Assembly: GCA_004558825.1 (NCBI GenBank)
Contig: SFDB01000005.1
Location: 2,894-66,893, forward strand
Length of the DNA: 64,000 nucleotides
DNA from: Clostridiales bacterium
Lineage (GTDB): Bacteria > Bacillota > Clostridia > Christensenellales > CAG-138
Direction of reading: 5' to 3'
The stretch's first letter is position 1, and each line of letters opens with the position of its first letter. The notes beneath the pieces were generated by a model. It was not told the origin of the DNA. It ran no database searches and worked only from the letters and a program-made list of their open reading frames with translations. Made by a program: the position numbers and the translations under genes. Positions 8,813-18,833 of this stretch are shown piece after piece.

Positions 8813-9979
8813 ATGGAGATAAAAGCGAACGGAGGAAGCGCGAAAAAGTCCTGTACGGCCGGAGGCGTAATGTCGGCCGTTGTACGCTTCATCAGAAAAA
8901 ACACGATTATGTGCGTCGCGCTTGCGGCGGCCGCAATAACGAGCTTTATCGTGCCAATCGATAAGGAATATTTAGCCTATTTTGATTTTAAGACGCTTAC
9001 ATGCCTCTTCTGCGTGCTTGCCGTTGTATGCGCGCTCAAAAACATAAACTTTTTCTACATATTGGCTCAGCATATAGTTATGTGCTTCAAAAACCTGCGG
9101 CTTACCGTGCTTGCGCTCGTATACATAACGTTTATAGGCTCAATGCTTATAGCGAACGACATGGCGCTTTTGACGTTTCTGCCGCTTGGTTATTATGTGC
9201 TGTCCTCGACCGGCAAGGAGCGCCTGATGCCGTTCACGTTTATAATGCAGAACATATCGGCAAACCTCGGCGGTATGCTTACGCCGTTCGGCAATCCGCA
9301 GAATCTTTATCTTTATACGCGCTTTTCGATACCGAGCGGGGAATTTATGTCCATAATGGCGGCGCCTTTTGCGATATCGGTGGCGCTGATAACGGTATGC
9401 TGCCTTGTTTTTGTGAGGCCCGAGCCGCTCGTTTTGGACGGCAGGCCGGCAAAGCTTGAGCCAAAGCGCACGGCGCTGTATCTTGCGCTGTTCGCGCTCT
9501 CGATAGCGATAGTTTTCCGCGGCGTACCGTATTGGATAGGGCTTATAGTGATACCCTTTGCGCTGTTTTTTGCCGACAGAAAGGCGCTTGAACGCGTCGA
9601 CTATCCGCTTCTTCTGACGTTCGCGTTCTTTTTTGTCTTTTCGGGCAATATGGCGCGCATAGATGAAGTGCGCAGCTTTTTTTCGCAGCTTCTTTCCAAA
9701 AACACGCTTCTTGTGAGCGTCCTCTCGTGCCAATGCATAAGCAATGTGCCGTCGGCGATACTCCTTTCGCAGTTCACGGACAACTATCGAGAGCTGCTCG
9801 TCGGCGTGAACATAGGGGGTGTTGGCACGATAATCGCATCGCTTGCGAGCCTCATAACGTTCCGCGAATATGTGAAGCACGACCCAAAGCGTACGCTTCG
9901 CTATCTCGGGCTTTTCGAGGCGTTCAACTTCGGGTTCCTTATCGTGCTTACTATATCGATGATGATTATAATGCGGTGA
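8813..9979 (+). CDS. ArsB/NhaD-superfamily (YbiR/SLC13-like) anion permease
   Basis: Polytopic membrane protein with LGGMLTPFGNPQNLYLY, a motif I associate with this superfamily. SD GAGAGGTG lies 7 nt before ATG 8813. Substrate unknown. Confidence 0.6.
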   Translation: MEIKANGGSAKKSCTAGGVMSAVVRFIRKNTIMCVALAAAAITSFIVPIDKEYLAYFDFKTLTCLFCVLAVVCALKNINFFYILAQHIVMCFKNLRLTVLALVYITFIGSMLIANDMALLTFLPLGYYVLSSTGKERLMPFTFIMQNISANLGGMLTPFGNPQNLYLYTRFSIPSGEFMSIMAAPFAISVALITVCCLVFVRPEPLVLDGRPAKLEPKRTALYLALFALSIAIVFRGVPYWIGLIVIPFALFFADRKALERVDYPLLLTFAFFFVFSGNMARIDEVRSFFSQLLSKNTLLVSVLSCQCISNVPSAILLSQFTDNYRELLVGVNIGGVGTIIASLASLITFREYVKHDPKRTLRYLGLFEAFNFGFLIVLTISMMIIMR

Positions 9980-11548
9980 TTACATAAGGTTTTCTGCGGA
10001 AAACAGCCTGTCGCTCTTTTTCATCATGCGGGTGAATACTATGAGCGATATCGCGGCAAACAGTGCGCCCGTTCCAAGTGCTATCGGGTACGCGCAGACG
10101 CTGAATGCGACAGCCGCAACGAGCGGCGGCGCGAATGACAAGACACATATGCCGAGCGAAGCGGCGAGGCTTCCGCCCTGCTTTACAAATTCCACGTCGT
10201 TTTTCCAGTCTAGCTTAGGAAGCTTCAGGTTCATCATCAGCCCGATAATATCGCAGTAGACGACGGCGACCTGCGGCACGATTATAAGCACCGCGACACC
10301 GAGCGCATCGGCACCGACAGCTATCGCCGCGAACACGGAGCCTGCGAGCGTTATGGGCGACAGGACGATGAAATGGAATGCAAGCTTTGCCTTAAGCACA
10401 TCGGAGCTTTTGACGGGGAGCGTCAGTATTCGCCATAGCGCGCTGCCCTCTGCGGAGACGGAGCTGCTGCTTATCTGCGACATAAGGGACATGAATGAAA
10501 GCGCGAGAAGCGCCGTCGGCATAAGAATCGATTCCGCTCCTTCGCCAAGCCATGAGAGTATGCGTGCGCGTCCGAGCACGGCGAGTACGGCGAGACCGAC
10601 AGCCGCAATGGCGGGCGGGACCACCGTGTTCATCACATATATGTGCGATGAGAAGAAGCGCTTCGCCTCGCGCCGAATGAGAGCGCGGCGAGGCGGGGAG
10701 ACCTTTATCGCATCGGCGTTATATTTGCCTCGCGCAAAGTGGACGGATGACAGCTCGTTGAGCGCGTTGTATGCGTGCGCCGTAATGAGCCAGAGTATGC
10801 CTGCCGCTGCCAGACTCGATATGATAAAGAGGATTACATGCGGCGCGCTTCCGCCTATGCCGAGCGCGAACCACGATGCCGGCGCATATATGCTTTCAAC
10901 GACAGCAGCGGAGGCGGTTAACGAATAATTCTGCGAAAGCATGACGTATGCCGCTATAGCGGCAAGCATGAATATGTTCGTGATTATCGATAAAAGCTTC
11001 GAAAGCTTAAGCTTTACGCTTATAAACTTAATAAATATGCTCAGCAGGACGCCTGCGGTCATCGGAATAAGCGGCACGGCGGCCGTCATCAGGAGCAGGC
11101 GCGGAAAAATCAGCCATGATATATCTGTGCAGCGAAGGCATACGATTATGCAGCCGGGAAGCATCATGATAACATATACGAGGTTTGATATATAAAGCAT
11201 CAAAAGGCGGCTCAGACTTATCGTATCCTGCGTAAGGGGCAGCGAAAACAGTATATCGTGATCCTTATACGCAAAAAGCGCGTTATAGCCGGCGCTCATG
11301 CTCGAAATAAAGGTGATGGCCGTGCCGAGCGTCATCGCAAGCGAAAACACACCGAGCGCATCGTCGGACTGCGCGTAGAGCACCGAACGCCCCGCAAACA
11401 TCACTGCAAAATAGACGGCGAAAAAGAGCGTCATCACTATTGAGAGCGCTGTACGCCTGCGCTCCTTGGGGTCGTTTGAAAACCGCGCCTTATTTATACC
11501 GAACAGGCTTTTCAGGTAAAGCCCCAAAACCAAGCCGAGATTTTTCAT
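9980..11548 (-). CDS. ABC-2-type exporter permease (putative ABC exporter family, ~12 TM)
   Basis: Highly hydrophobic 522-aa protein. ATGA overlap with the upstream ABC ATPase at 11545-11548. Confidence 0.6.
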   Translation of the reverse strand: MKNLGLVLGLYLKSLFGINKARFSNDPKERRRTALSIVMTLFFAVYFAVMFAGRSVLYAQSDDALGVFSLAMTLGTAITFISSMSAGYNALFAYKDHDILFSLPLTQDTISLSRLLMLYISNLVYVIMMLPGCIIVCLRCTDISWLIFPRLLLMTAAVPLIPMTAGVLLSIFIKFISVKLKLSKLLSIITNIFMLAAIAAYVMLSQNYSLTASAAVVESIYAPASWFALGIGGSAPHVILFIISSLAAAGILWLITAHAYNALNELSSVHFARGKYNADAIKVSPPRRALIRREAKRFFSSHIYVMNTVVPPAIAAVGLAVLAVLGRARILSWLGEGAESILMPTALLALSFMSLMSQISSSSVSAEGSALWRILTLPVKSSDVLKAKLAFHFIVLSPITLAGSVFAAIAVGADALGVAVLIIVPQVAVVYCDIIGLMMNLKLPKLDWKNDVEFVKQGGSLAASLGICVLSFAPPLVAAVAFSVCAYPIALGTGALFAAISLIVFTRMMKKSDRLFSAENLM

Positions 11549-12255
11549 TGCTCCGTAAGCTCCAAAAACACATTTTCAAGAGAGGAATCGCCCTTTATTT
11601 TTGCGGTGTCGCCCTGTGCGATTATGCGCCCGCTCTTTATGACGGCTATCCTGTTGCAGAGCGTTTCGGCGACGGGCAGCACATGCGTCGAAAAGAATAT
11701 GGCGCCCCCGTTTGAGCATGTTTCGCGCATAAACTCCTTGAGCGTGTGCGCAGATTTCGGGTCGAGCCCGACAAACGGCTCGTCGAGCACAAGCAGCTTC
11801 GGCTCATGCATAAGTGCGCCTGTAAGGCAAAGCTTTTGCTTCATGCCGTGAGAATACGAGCTTATCAGCCGCCCGAGGTCGCCCTCGATCTCGAACGCCT
11901 TCGCGTATCGGTCAATGCGTTCGCCGCGCGCCGATTTGGGTATGTCGAATATGTCGGCGATGAACGTGAGATACTGTATGCCCGTCAGGTAGTCGTATAT
12001 ATCAGGGTTGTCGGGGATATACGCTATCCGCTTTTTCGCCTCGAGAGGATTGTCGCGTACGGATACGCCGTCTACAAAGATATCGCCCTCATCAAATCCC
12101 AGTACGCCGACTATGCAGCGTATGGTTGTGCTCTTGCCGGCGCCGTTATGACCTATAAAGCCGAAAATGTCGCCGCTATCCACATGGAGCGATATATTGT
12201 CTACGGCTTTTTTGCCGCCCTTGTAGGTTTTTGTGAGACCATTGATTTCAAGCAT
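11545..12255 (-). CDS. ABC transporter ATP-binding protein (ABC-2 subfamily)
   Basis: Walker A GHNGAGKST, signature YSHGMKQKLCLTGA, Walker B LVLDEPFVGLDP. Start set to ATG 12255 (MLEINGLTKTY), preceded by GGAGG. Confidence 0.9.
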   Translation of the reverse strand: MLEINGLTKTYKGGKKAVDNISLHVDSGDIFGFIGHNGAGKSTTIRCIVGVLGFDEGDIFVDGVSVRDNPLEAKKRIAYIPDNPDIYDYLTGIQYLTFIADIFDIPKSARGERIDRYAKAFEIEGDLGRLISSYSHGMKQKLCLTGALMHEPKLLVLDEPFVGLDPKSAHTLKEFMRETCSNGGAIFFSTHVLPVAETLCNRIAVIKSGRIIAQGDTAKIKGDSSLENVFLELTEQ

Positions 12256-12356
12256 TCTGTATTCCTCCGTTTCCCGTGCGCGGCACAAAAATTACGATAA
12301 TAATTATATATCAAGCGCTGCGTACTGTCAAAAGCGCCGCGCTGTCGGTTTCGGCG

Positions 12357-13007
12357 TTATTGTGTCAATGCGTCGAAGAGCTCGTCGGCGGTTGACGCTA
12401 TGAGCTGCGCGCGCTGCTTTTCAAGGAGTGGGCGCTCCCTGAAGCCCCAGTCGACGGCAATGAAATCGAGCCCTGCGTTTTCGGCCGTCGCTGCGTCTAC
12501 TTCGGTATCGCCTATATATACGGCTTCGGCGCGTTCAATATGCAGTCCGTCCAAAACGCCGCAAACGGCGTCAGGACACGGCTTTGGGCGAACGCCTGCG
12601 CACACACCGACCGCCGCGTCAAAAAGCCCGTTAAAATATCGTGCGCAGAGTGCCTTAACGGCGTCGTCCGGCTTGTTCGATACGACGGCGGTGTGCATAC
12701 CTTTCGCGCGAAGGCGTGAGAGCAGGTCAACTATTCCGCTGTAGGGAGCGGTCGCGTCGGCACAGTGCAGCCTGTAATGCTCGGCGAAAGCGTTATACAC
12801 GCTTTCGCAAGCCTCCTGCGATGCGTCGGACGGCACACTCAGCTCGATAAGGCGGCGCACGCCGTTGCCTACAAAGCCGCGTATTTCTGCCATCGTCCGT
12901 TCGGGCATATGCTCCGCGCGGAGGGCAAAGTTGACGCTTGCGGAAATGTCGCCAAGCGTGTTCAAAATCGTTCCGTCCATGTCGAAAACTGCTAACCTGT
13001 ATTTCAT
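12357..13007 (-). CDS. HAD-IA family hydrolase (phosphoglycolate phosphatase/PpaX-like)
   Basis: Motif I FDMDGTILNT, motif II VVSNK, motif IV GDTEVD. ATGA overlap with rmuC. Confidence 0.8.
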   Translation of the reverse strand: MKYRLAVFDMDGTILNTLGDISASVNFALRAEHMPERTMAEIRGFVGNGVRRLIELSVPSDASQEACESVYNAFAEHYRLHCADATAPYSGIVDLLSRLRAKGMHTAVVSNKPDDAVKALCARYFNGLFDAAVGVCAGVRPKPCPDAVCGVLDGLHIERAEAVYIGDTEVDAATAENAGLDFIAVDWGFRERPLLEKQRAQLIASTADELFDALTQ

Positions 13008-14338
13008 GCGATACCTCCGCTGCCCGAAACGCCGCCGGGGGACAAGAGCTCCATTTCGCTTGAGTCCGTGACCTTGCGCAGCTTGCGCTGCATCTGCCGC
13101 GTACGGACGCCGATGAGCGTGTCAAGGTCGTTGCTTACCTGCACCATGCGCTCCTGCGTGACGGCAAGGCCGTCGGCGAATTTATCAAACTCCGTTTTGA
13201 CCTCGGACAGAATTTGCCAAACTTCTCCGCTGCGCTTGTGTATCATATAGCTCTGGTAACCCATTTGCAGGCTGTTGAGCAGTGCGGCAAGGGTGCTTGG
13301 TCCGGCCATGCAGACCTTGTAGTCGCGCTGAAGCGTTTCTATCATGCCGAGCTTTACCGCTTCTGCGTACAGCCCCTCCGTTGGCAGGAACATCACCGCG
13401 AAGGCCGTTGTTTTCGGCGGATCTATATATTTCTGGTTTATGTCGCGCGCCATCGCCTTAAGGCTTTGTACGAGCTCCGCGCTTGCCGACTTTATGCGGT
13501 CGCGGTCGGCGCTGTCGTATGCTTCCATGACGCGGGAATACACGTCCATGGGGAATTTTGAGTCTATGGGCATCAGCACGCCGTCGCCGTCGTCCGAAGG
13601 CAGCTTCACGGCGAATTCGACTTTTGTGCCGCGCTTTATGGGCGCTTCCCGTATATACTGGTCGGGCGAAAGTATCTCCTCGAGTATGGAGCCTAACTGG
13701 ATTTCACCGAGTATTCCGCGTGTTTTGACGTTTGAAAGGACCTTTTTCAGGTCGCCTACGCCGGTAGCGAGCGTTTGCATTTCGCCCAGTCCCTTGTAGA
13801 CCTGCTCGAGCCGTTCGTTGACGAGCGTGAACGAGCGCGCCATGCGCTCCTCAAGCGTTTTTTGCAGCTTTTCATCGACGATTCCCTGCATTTTTTCAAG
13901 GCGCGCATTGTTATCCTCCTGCATACTCGTAAGATGGCGCGAAACGCTTGTCCTTATGTTGTCAAGACGCTGCTCATTTTCGAGCGAGAAGGTTTTGAGC
14001 CGTTCCTCAAGCTGGCGAAGCACTGCCTGGGTGCTTCTGCCGGACGCCTCCTGAAGAGAAGCCATGTTTCGCTCCATGTCGTTGAGCTTTTGAGACACGG
14101 CCTCCTGCGACGAGCGCTGGTTTGAGGATATCATTTCGCCAAAAAGGCGCAGAGAGTCGTTGAGCTCCCTACGAACGGCGCTGAATTTCTCATCGTTGAG
14201 CGCAAACAGGTGCTCGGTGTTTTTTACGGCACGCTCGTTTTCACGCCTCAAACCCGACAGCCCTTTAAGTGCGGCGAGTGACGCCGAGAGAGAGCATATG
14301 CCGAAAACGATGGCGATTATCAAAAGTATATCTGTCAT
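13004..14338 (-). CDS. rmuC: DNA recombination protein RmuC
   Basis: N-terminal TM, long coiled-coil, C-terminal nuclease-like region (RGILGEIQLGSILE..., IDSKFPMDVY, MFLPTEGLY) as in RmuC proteins. Confidence 0.85.
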   Translation of the reverse strand: MTDILLIIAIVFGICSLSASLAALKGLSGLRRENERAVKNTEHLFALNDEKFSAVRRELNDSLRLFGEMISSNQRSSQEAVSQKLNDMERNMASLQEASGRSTQAVLRQLEERLKTFSLENEQRLDNIRTSVSRHLTSMQEDNNARLEKMQGIVDEKLQKTLEERMARSFTLVNERLEQVYKGLGEMQTLATGVGDLKKVLSNVKTRGILGEIQLGSILEEILSPDQYIREAPIKRGTKVEFAVKLPSDDGDGVLMPIDSKFPMDVYSRVMEAYDSADRDRIKSASAELVQSLKAMARDINQKYIDPPKTTAFAVMFLPTEGLYAEAVKLGMIETLQRDYKVCMAGPSTLAALLNSLQMGYQSYMIHKRSGEVWQILSEVKTEFDKFADGLAVTQERMVQVSNDLDTLIGVRTRQMQRKLRKVTDSSEMELLSPGGVSGSGGIA

Positions 14339-14539
14339 AAATTGCTCCGTTTTTTATAGATTGTAACACAATATCACACAAAATCAAAGAAATGCCCCGC
14401 CGCGTTTCCGGGTTCGCGCCGTCAAAGCGTCAATGCGCCGCCGGTTACTTGCTCCGCAGCGTTGTACATAAGAAATTAACAGCTCCCCGTTTGATTCGCA
14501 GCGGAATAAATGATAGAATAACTTTGGAGGTGACTTAGT

Positions 14540-15106
14540 ATGAGTATTTTTGACAAACTGAAGAGTACCGCCGCTTCCGCGGTGCGTTCGGCGGTTCAGT
14601 CCGTCGGGAACAAGAGGGAAACCTTTACGTTTTCCGCTTTGCCGGAGAGCCTTGCCCAGATGCAGGCGCTTCCGGAAGCCACCCTGGATACGCCCTTCAA
14701 GACGGCGGCGCTTACCGTGTGCGCGCTGTGTGCGTATGCGGCCGATAAACAGATAGGAACTGAAATGCTGAACTGGCTGCGTGGGCCGCGTCCGCTGAAC
14801 GGGCAGGAGATATCCTTCCTGAACGACAGGTTCCACGGCGGCAGAACGTATATCCCGTTCTCGTACTTTGCGGGAGCGACGCCCGATAACGACTATACGC
14901 CCACCCAGCCTTACACAATCACCATCGAGAGCAATCATATATCCGACGCTGAGGCGGGGTATATGAAGCTGTTTATTCCCTGCGGAGGGGCGGACAGTCC
15001 CCGTCCTGTCAAGCTGCGGATGAGAGGCGACGGCAAGTGGTTTTTGTGGGAGCAGTATCTGATGACGGATATCCGCCAGCCCAAGTCTTCCGACCCTTGG
15101 GCATAA
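14540..15106 (+). CDS. Conserved hypothetical protein (188 aa), function unknown
   Basis: GGAGGTG SD 7 nt before the ATG; normal amino-acid composition. The 264-aa ORF on the opposite strand (14384..15178) is Arg-rich shadow. Confidence 0.6.
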   Translation: MSIFDKLKSTAASAVRSAVQSVGNKRETFTFSALPESLAQMQALPEATLDTPFKTAALTVCALCAYAADKQIGTEMLNWLRGPRPLNGQEISFLNDRFHGGRTYIPFSYFAGATPDNDYTPTQPYTITIESNHISDAEAGYMKLFIPCGGADSPRPVKLRMRGDGKWFLWEQYLMTDIRQPKSSDPWA

Positions 15107-15315
15107 ACGGCTAAGGAATCGGAGCGGGGGATTATGTACGGACGCCGCTCGGTATGCGTAATCGAATAACAAACGCAATATAATTGGGCGGCCGCAGCAT
15201 TTCGGCCGCCTCCTTAGCCATATAATCGGGCGTCGGACGGAGGCCGCAAGGCGTGCCGTCAGGATTTCGCGGGCGCTGAATAATGACTCGTATTTGGAGG
15301 AGAAATAATGATACT

Positions 15316-15678
15316 ATGAAGAAAGGGAGAATTGGGACAATGCCTCTTGCCGCTGCGGCCGCCGCGGTTATGATTGCGGCGCTAATTGTGTTTTCGGTAT
15401 GCTTTGTGGGGTGCTCGTCAAAAGCCTATCGGGTGGATTACTGCGGGGCAAAAGAGTTTTACATCGGCGCGAAGGATTCTTACAGGGCGGGCGCACGGGT
15501 CGAACTGCGTTTTGATTTAGTCGCTACGGATACCGACTATACTTTCTATCTTGACGGCAGCACCGAGGGGCTTGATGTGCAGGGCTCGGGCGGGGGCTTC
15601 ATTATCAGCTTCACAATGCCCGAGCATGATGTGCGGCTTGAATATAAGGCCGTAAACACGATGGAGTACAACGGATAA
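15316..15678 (+). CDS. Small putative lipoprotein, function unknown
   Basis: Signal peptide ending in the lipobox-like FVGC|SS. Start uncertain: 15283, 15316 or 15337, all in frame. Confidence 0.5.
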   Translation: MKKGRIGTMPLAAAAAAVMIAALIVFSVCFVGCSSKAYRVDYCGAKEFYIGAKDSYRAGARVELRFDLVATDTDYTFYLDGSTEGLDVQGSGGGFIISFTMPEHDVRLEYKAVNTMEYNG

Positions 15679-15753
15679 AGCGAAGCCTTTGCATATGCAC
15701 CCGGCAGAGGCGTTGCCATTGACGCCGTAAAAACAAGGCGCCCGCCTGTCGCT

Positions 15754-16263
15754 TCAGAAAACTGCATAGGCAAGCGCCATCGACGCGGCAATCGAGACGG
15801 CTCCGCTTATGAGCGCCACCGCAACGCTGTAGCGCGGCTTTGATATGTCTGCCGAGCCGAAATAGAGCGCAACGGTATAGAAAATGGTTTCTGTTGAGCC
15901 AACAAGAAGCGATGCGCAGAGGCCGATGAACGAATCGACGCCGCAGCGGGAGAAGGTGTCCGCAAGCAGCGCAAGCGCGGCGCTTCCCGAGAACGGGCGA
16001 AGAAGTATCAGCGGCGCAAGCTCTTTCGGTATGAACACGGCTTCGAATACGGGGGATGCCAGCTTTGTGAGAAAATCGAGTGCGCCCGATGCGCGGAATA
16101 CGTTTATCGCTATGAGCATGGCCGCCATGCAGGGCAGCACCTTTTTCAGCGTAGGCAGGCTTTGCGATGCGCCGCGGACGAAAGCATCGTAGACGTTTGA
16201 ACCCTTTGACGCCGCATATGCGAAAAGCAGCGCTATGCCGACAGGCAATATATAAGCGCTCAT
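15754..16263 (-). CDS. spmB: Spore maturation protein B (nucleoside-recognition domain membrane protein)
   Basis: 169-aa polytopic protein overlapping the upstream spmA by 4 nt, the usual spmA-spmB pair arrangement. Confidence 0.75.
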   Translation of the reverse strand: MSAYILPVGIALLFAYAASKGSNVYDAFVRGASQSLPTLKKVLPCMAAMLIAINVFRASGALDFLTKLASPVFEAVFIPKELAPLILLRPFSGSAALALLADTFSRCGVDSFIGLCASLLVGSTETIFYTVALYFGSADISKPRYSVAVALISGAVSIAASMALAYAVF

Positions 16264-16829
16264 GATTTTTTACGCCCTGCGAAGGCCTTGCAAAGCAGCG
16301 CGGCGACGGCGAAGCCTATCACCGACGAGATGAACGTGGGCAGTATGAGCCCGCTCGAATCCTGCGCTCCGGCAGCGTTTCTGATTGCAATAACCTGCGT
16401 TGGCAGGAGCTCTATGGCAGAGGCGTTGAGCGCTATGAACATACACATGTCGTCGGACGCCTTAGGCTTATCGCGGTTCGCATCGTTCAACTCCTTCATC
16501 GCTTCGAGTCCGAACGGCGTTGCGGCGTTGCCGAGCCCCAGAAAGTTGGCCGCAAGATTGAGCGTAATGGGCGCGACGGCGGCCGGCGATGACGGAAAGA
16601 GGCGGCTGAGTACAGGCTTGAACCCGCGCGACAAAGCGCCGACAAGACCGCATTCGCCGGCAACCTCCATGAGTCCCATGAAAAACATATATGACCCGAT
16701 GAGCGATATCGACAGCGTGACTGCTTCGCCCGCTCCCTTAAGCATACTGTCCGTAAGCAGCTCGGTACGCCCTGTCGCTATGCCCGTGACAATTCCCGCA
16801 ACTATCATTATTATCCATAGTACGTTCAT
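16260..16829 (-). CDS. spmA: Spore maturation protein A
   Basis: MNVLWIIMIVAGIVTGIATGR... N-terminus typical of SpmA. Start set to ATG 16829, preceded by GGGGGTG. Confidence 0.75.
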   Translation of the reverse strand: MNVLWIIMIVAGIVTGIATGRTELLTDSMLKGAGEAVTLSISLIGSYMFFMGLMEVAGECGLVGALSRGFKPVLSRLFPSSPAAVAPITLNLAANFLGLGNAATPFGLEAMKELNDANRDKPKASDDMCMFIALNASAIELLPTQVIAIRNAAGAQDSSGLILPTFISSVIGFAVAALLCKAFAGRKKS

Positions 16830-16865
16830 GACAACACCCCCGATACGGTGTATGCGGATACGGTG

Positions 16866-16894
16866 AAAAAAAGAATCCGAATGCAATCGGATTC
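16866..16894 (-). terminator. Intrinsic terminator of the adenine deaminase gene
   Basis: Minus strand reads GAATCCGA-TTGCAT-TCGGATTC followed by TTTTTTT. Confidence 0.65.
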
Positions 16895-16937
16895 AAAAAT
16901 ATTAACGTAATGACTGCTCGCGCGATGCTTGCCGCGG

Positions 16938-18665
16938 CTATTGCTTTTTTCTCCCGTTTCCTACATATATAAACCTCTGCTCTGCAGCGTCAAAAAGCCC
17001 TATGTCGGTGAGCCTCACGCGCGGTATAACGGGCAGCGCGAGGAACGACAGCGTTATCAGCGGGTCGCTTGCGCCGTATGCGCCCATGAGCTTTGCCGCG
17101 TTCAAGAGCTCGTGCTGGCGCTGTATGACCTGACTTATCGGTGCGTCGGTCATAAGCCCTGCGATGGGGAGCGCGAGAATTGCGGCTGTTTTTCCGCCGC
17201 GCACTGCGCAGTAACCGCCGCCGCATGTTTTAAGCGCGTCGACGGCCGCGAGCATGTCTGAATCGTTGTCGCCGACGACTATTATGTTGTGCGAATCGTG
17301 TCCGACGCTCGAGGCGATTGCGCCTCCCGCGAGACCGAACCCTTCAACGAGCGCGACGGACATAGAGCCCGTGGCGCGGTGGCGTTCTATGACGGCGAGC
17401 TTGTTGAGCCGTGCGGTGGGCATGTAGACGCCGTTTTCGGTATTGACGCGCCGCTTTACGAGCTCTGTTACGAGCGTGCCGTCCTTGAGCTTTATGACGT
17501 CGGCATATTCATCGGTAAAAAGACTGAACGATTCCGCAGTGAGCGGGGCATACCTTACAGAATCATAGAATTGCGGGATTTCAGCGAAACAGCGCGGCGC
17601 GGCTGCGTGAGCGGGGCGCTTATAAGGCTTGCCCGAAACGAACACATCGCGTACGCTGAACTCCTCGAGGTCATCGAACAGCACCATAGTGGCGCGGTAT
17701 CCCGGGGCAATCGCACCCATATCGTTAATGCCGTAGGCGCGAGCGGCGTTGCACGATGCCATGCACACGGCGTCGACGGGCGAAATGCCGCACTTTACGG
17801 CGAGGCGCGCGATGGCGTTTATGTGGCCTTCGCGCATTATGTGCTCGATATGCTTGTCGTCGGTGCAGAACATAAGCCGATCTGTCGGCAGCTTATCCCG
17901 AGCGATGCGAGTGAGAATCGCGCCTATGTCGTTTGCTGCCGAGCCAACGCGCAGCAGCATATACATGCCCGCGCGCAGCTTTTCGATGAACTCGCCGAAC
18001 GTTGAAAACTCATGGTCTGTCGCGGGGCCGGCGGCTCGGTAGGCGTTAAGCATGAGACCCGACATCATGGGCGCGTGACCGTCGACGATTTTACCGTCAA
18101 AGAGCGATAGCTTTTTAAGCATGTCGGGTTCGCAGCGGGCGACGGCGCCGAAGTCCATTACTTCGCCAAGGCCCGCGGTGACTCCTTGAGCAATGAGCTG
18201 CGCCATGTCCTCGGCGCTTAGCGACGCACCCGAAGTTTCAAGCTTTGTCGCAGGCACGCAGGAGGGAGTCATGAACCGTACATCGAGCGGCACTCCGTCC
18301 GAAAGCGAGCGCATGGCGCGCACACCTGCGGCGCCGAAAACGTTGGCGATCTCATGGGGGTCGGCTATAACGGCGCATGTGCCGTGCTCGAGGACGATAT
18401 CCGAAAACGAGGCGGGCGTGACCATCGACGATTCAATATGAACATGGGCGTCGATAAAACCGGGGCAAAGATAGGCTCCATGCGCGTCGTACTCGTTTTT
18501 CCCGGAAAAACTGCCCACTCCGATTATTGTGTCATCGTATACGGCAACGTCCGCGTGCATTATCTCCTTTGTAAACACGTTTACGACGTTTGCGTTTTTG
18601 ACAACAAGCGTGGAATCGCCGCTTAATGCTGCCTTGATAATATGTGAAAGCCTGTCCTCGTTCAT
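16938..18665 (-). CDS. ade: Adenine deaminase
   Basis: 575 aa with PGFIDAHVHIESSMVTP metal-binding motif and the overall architecture of adenine deaminases. Confidence 0.9.
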   Translation of the reverse strand: MNEDRLSHIIKAALSGDSTLVVKNANVVNVFTKEIMHADVAVYDDTIIGVGSFSGKNEYDAHGAYLCPGFIDAHVHIESSMVTPASFSDIVLEHGTCAVIADPHEIANVFGAAGVRAMRSLSDGVPLDVRFMTPSCVPATKLETSGASLSAEDMAQLIAQGVTAGLGEVMDFGAVARCEPDMLKKLSLFDGKIVDGHAPMMSGLMLNAYRAAGPATDHEFSTFGEFIEKLRAGMYMLLRVGSAANDIGAILTRIARDKLPTDRLMFCTDDKHIEHIMREGHINAIARLAVKCGISPVDAVCMASCNAARAYGINDMGAIAPGYRATMVLFDDLEEFSVRDVFVSGKPYKRPAHAAAPRCFAEIPQFYDSVRYAPLTAESFSLFTDEYADVIKLKDGTLVTELVKRRVNTENGVYMPTARLNKLAVIERHRATGSMSVALVEGFGLAGGAIASSVGHDSHNIIVVGDNDSDMLAAVDALKTCGGGYCAVRGGKTAAILALPIAGLMTDAPISQVIQRQHELLNAAKLMGAYGASDPLITLSFLALPVIPRVRLTDIGLFDAAEQRFIYVGNGRKKQ

Positions 18666-18697
18666 CGTGCTACCCGCCGCTTCAATAAATTTTTATG

Positions 18698-18726
18698 ATT
18701 ATACCAGACGTGCGAACCGTTTACAA
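18698..18726 (-). promoter_or_regulatory. Putative sigmaA promoter of ade (TTGTAA-17-TATAAT)
   Basis: Minus strand: TTGTAA (18726-18721), 17-nt spacer, TATAAT (18703-18698). The leader is short, with no riboswitch-sized 5' UTR. Confidence 0.45.
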
Positions 18727-18780
18727 TCGCTTTTACCGTGTTTGCAGGAGCGATAAGGATAAAATATTTTTTTCGATGTA

Positions 18781-18809
18781 TTGACAACGGGAAGACATTG
18801 AGCTACAAT
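18781..18809 (+). promoter_or_regulatory. Near-consensus sigmaA promoter of tRNA-Arg (TTGACA-17-TACAAT)
   Basis: TTGACA 18781-18786, 17-nt spacer, TACAAT 18804-18809, 24 nt upstream of the tRNA 5' end. Confidence 0.6.
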
Positions 18810-18833
18810 ACTAAAGCACATTAGGAGTGCAAT

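Noticed and set aside
14384-15178. 264-aa minus-strand ORF overlapping the 188-aa plus-strand gene
   Set aside because: Extremely Arg-rich with no SD. The plus-strand ORF has a GGAGGTG SD and a normal composition.
15107-15282. Possible structured RNA (GGCTAAGGA...TCCTTAGCC long-range pairing around a GGCGGCCG hairpin)
   Set aside because: The pairing is short and I have no covariation evidence. It is mentioned only within the finding on the hypothetical gene pair.
18666-18780. Purine riboswitch upstream of adenine deaminase
   Set aside because: The putative promoter leaves a leader of only ~30 nt, and none of the conserved purine-riboswitch loop sequences is present.
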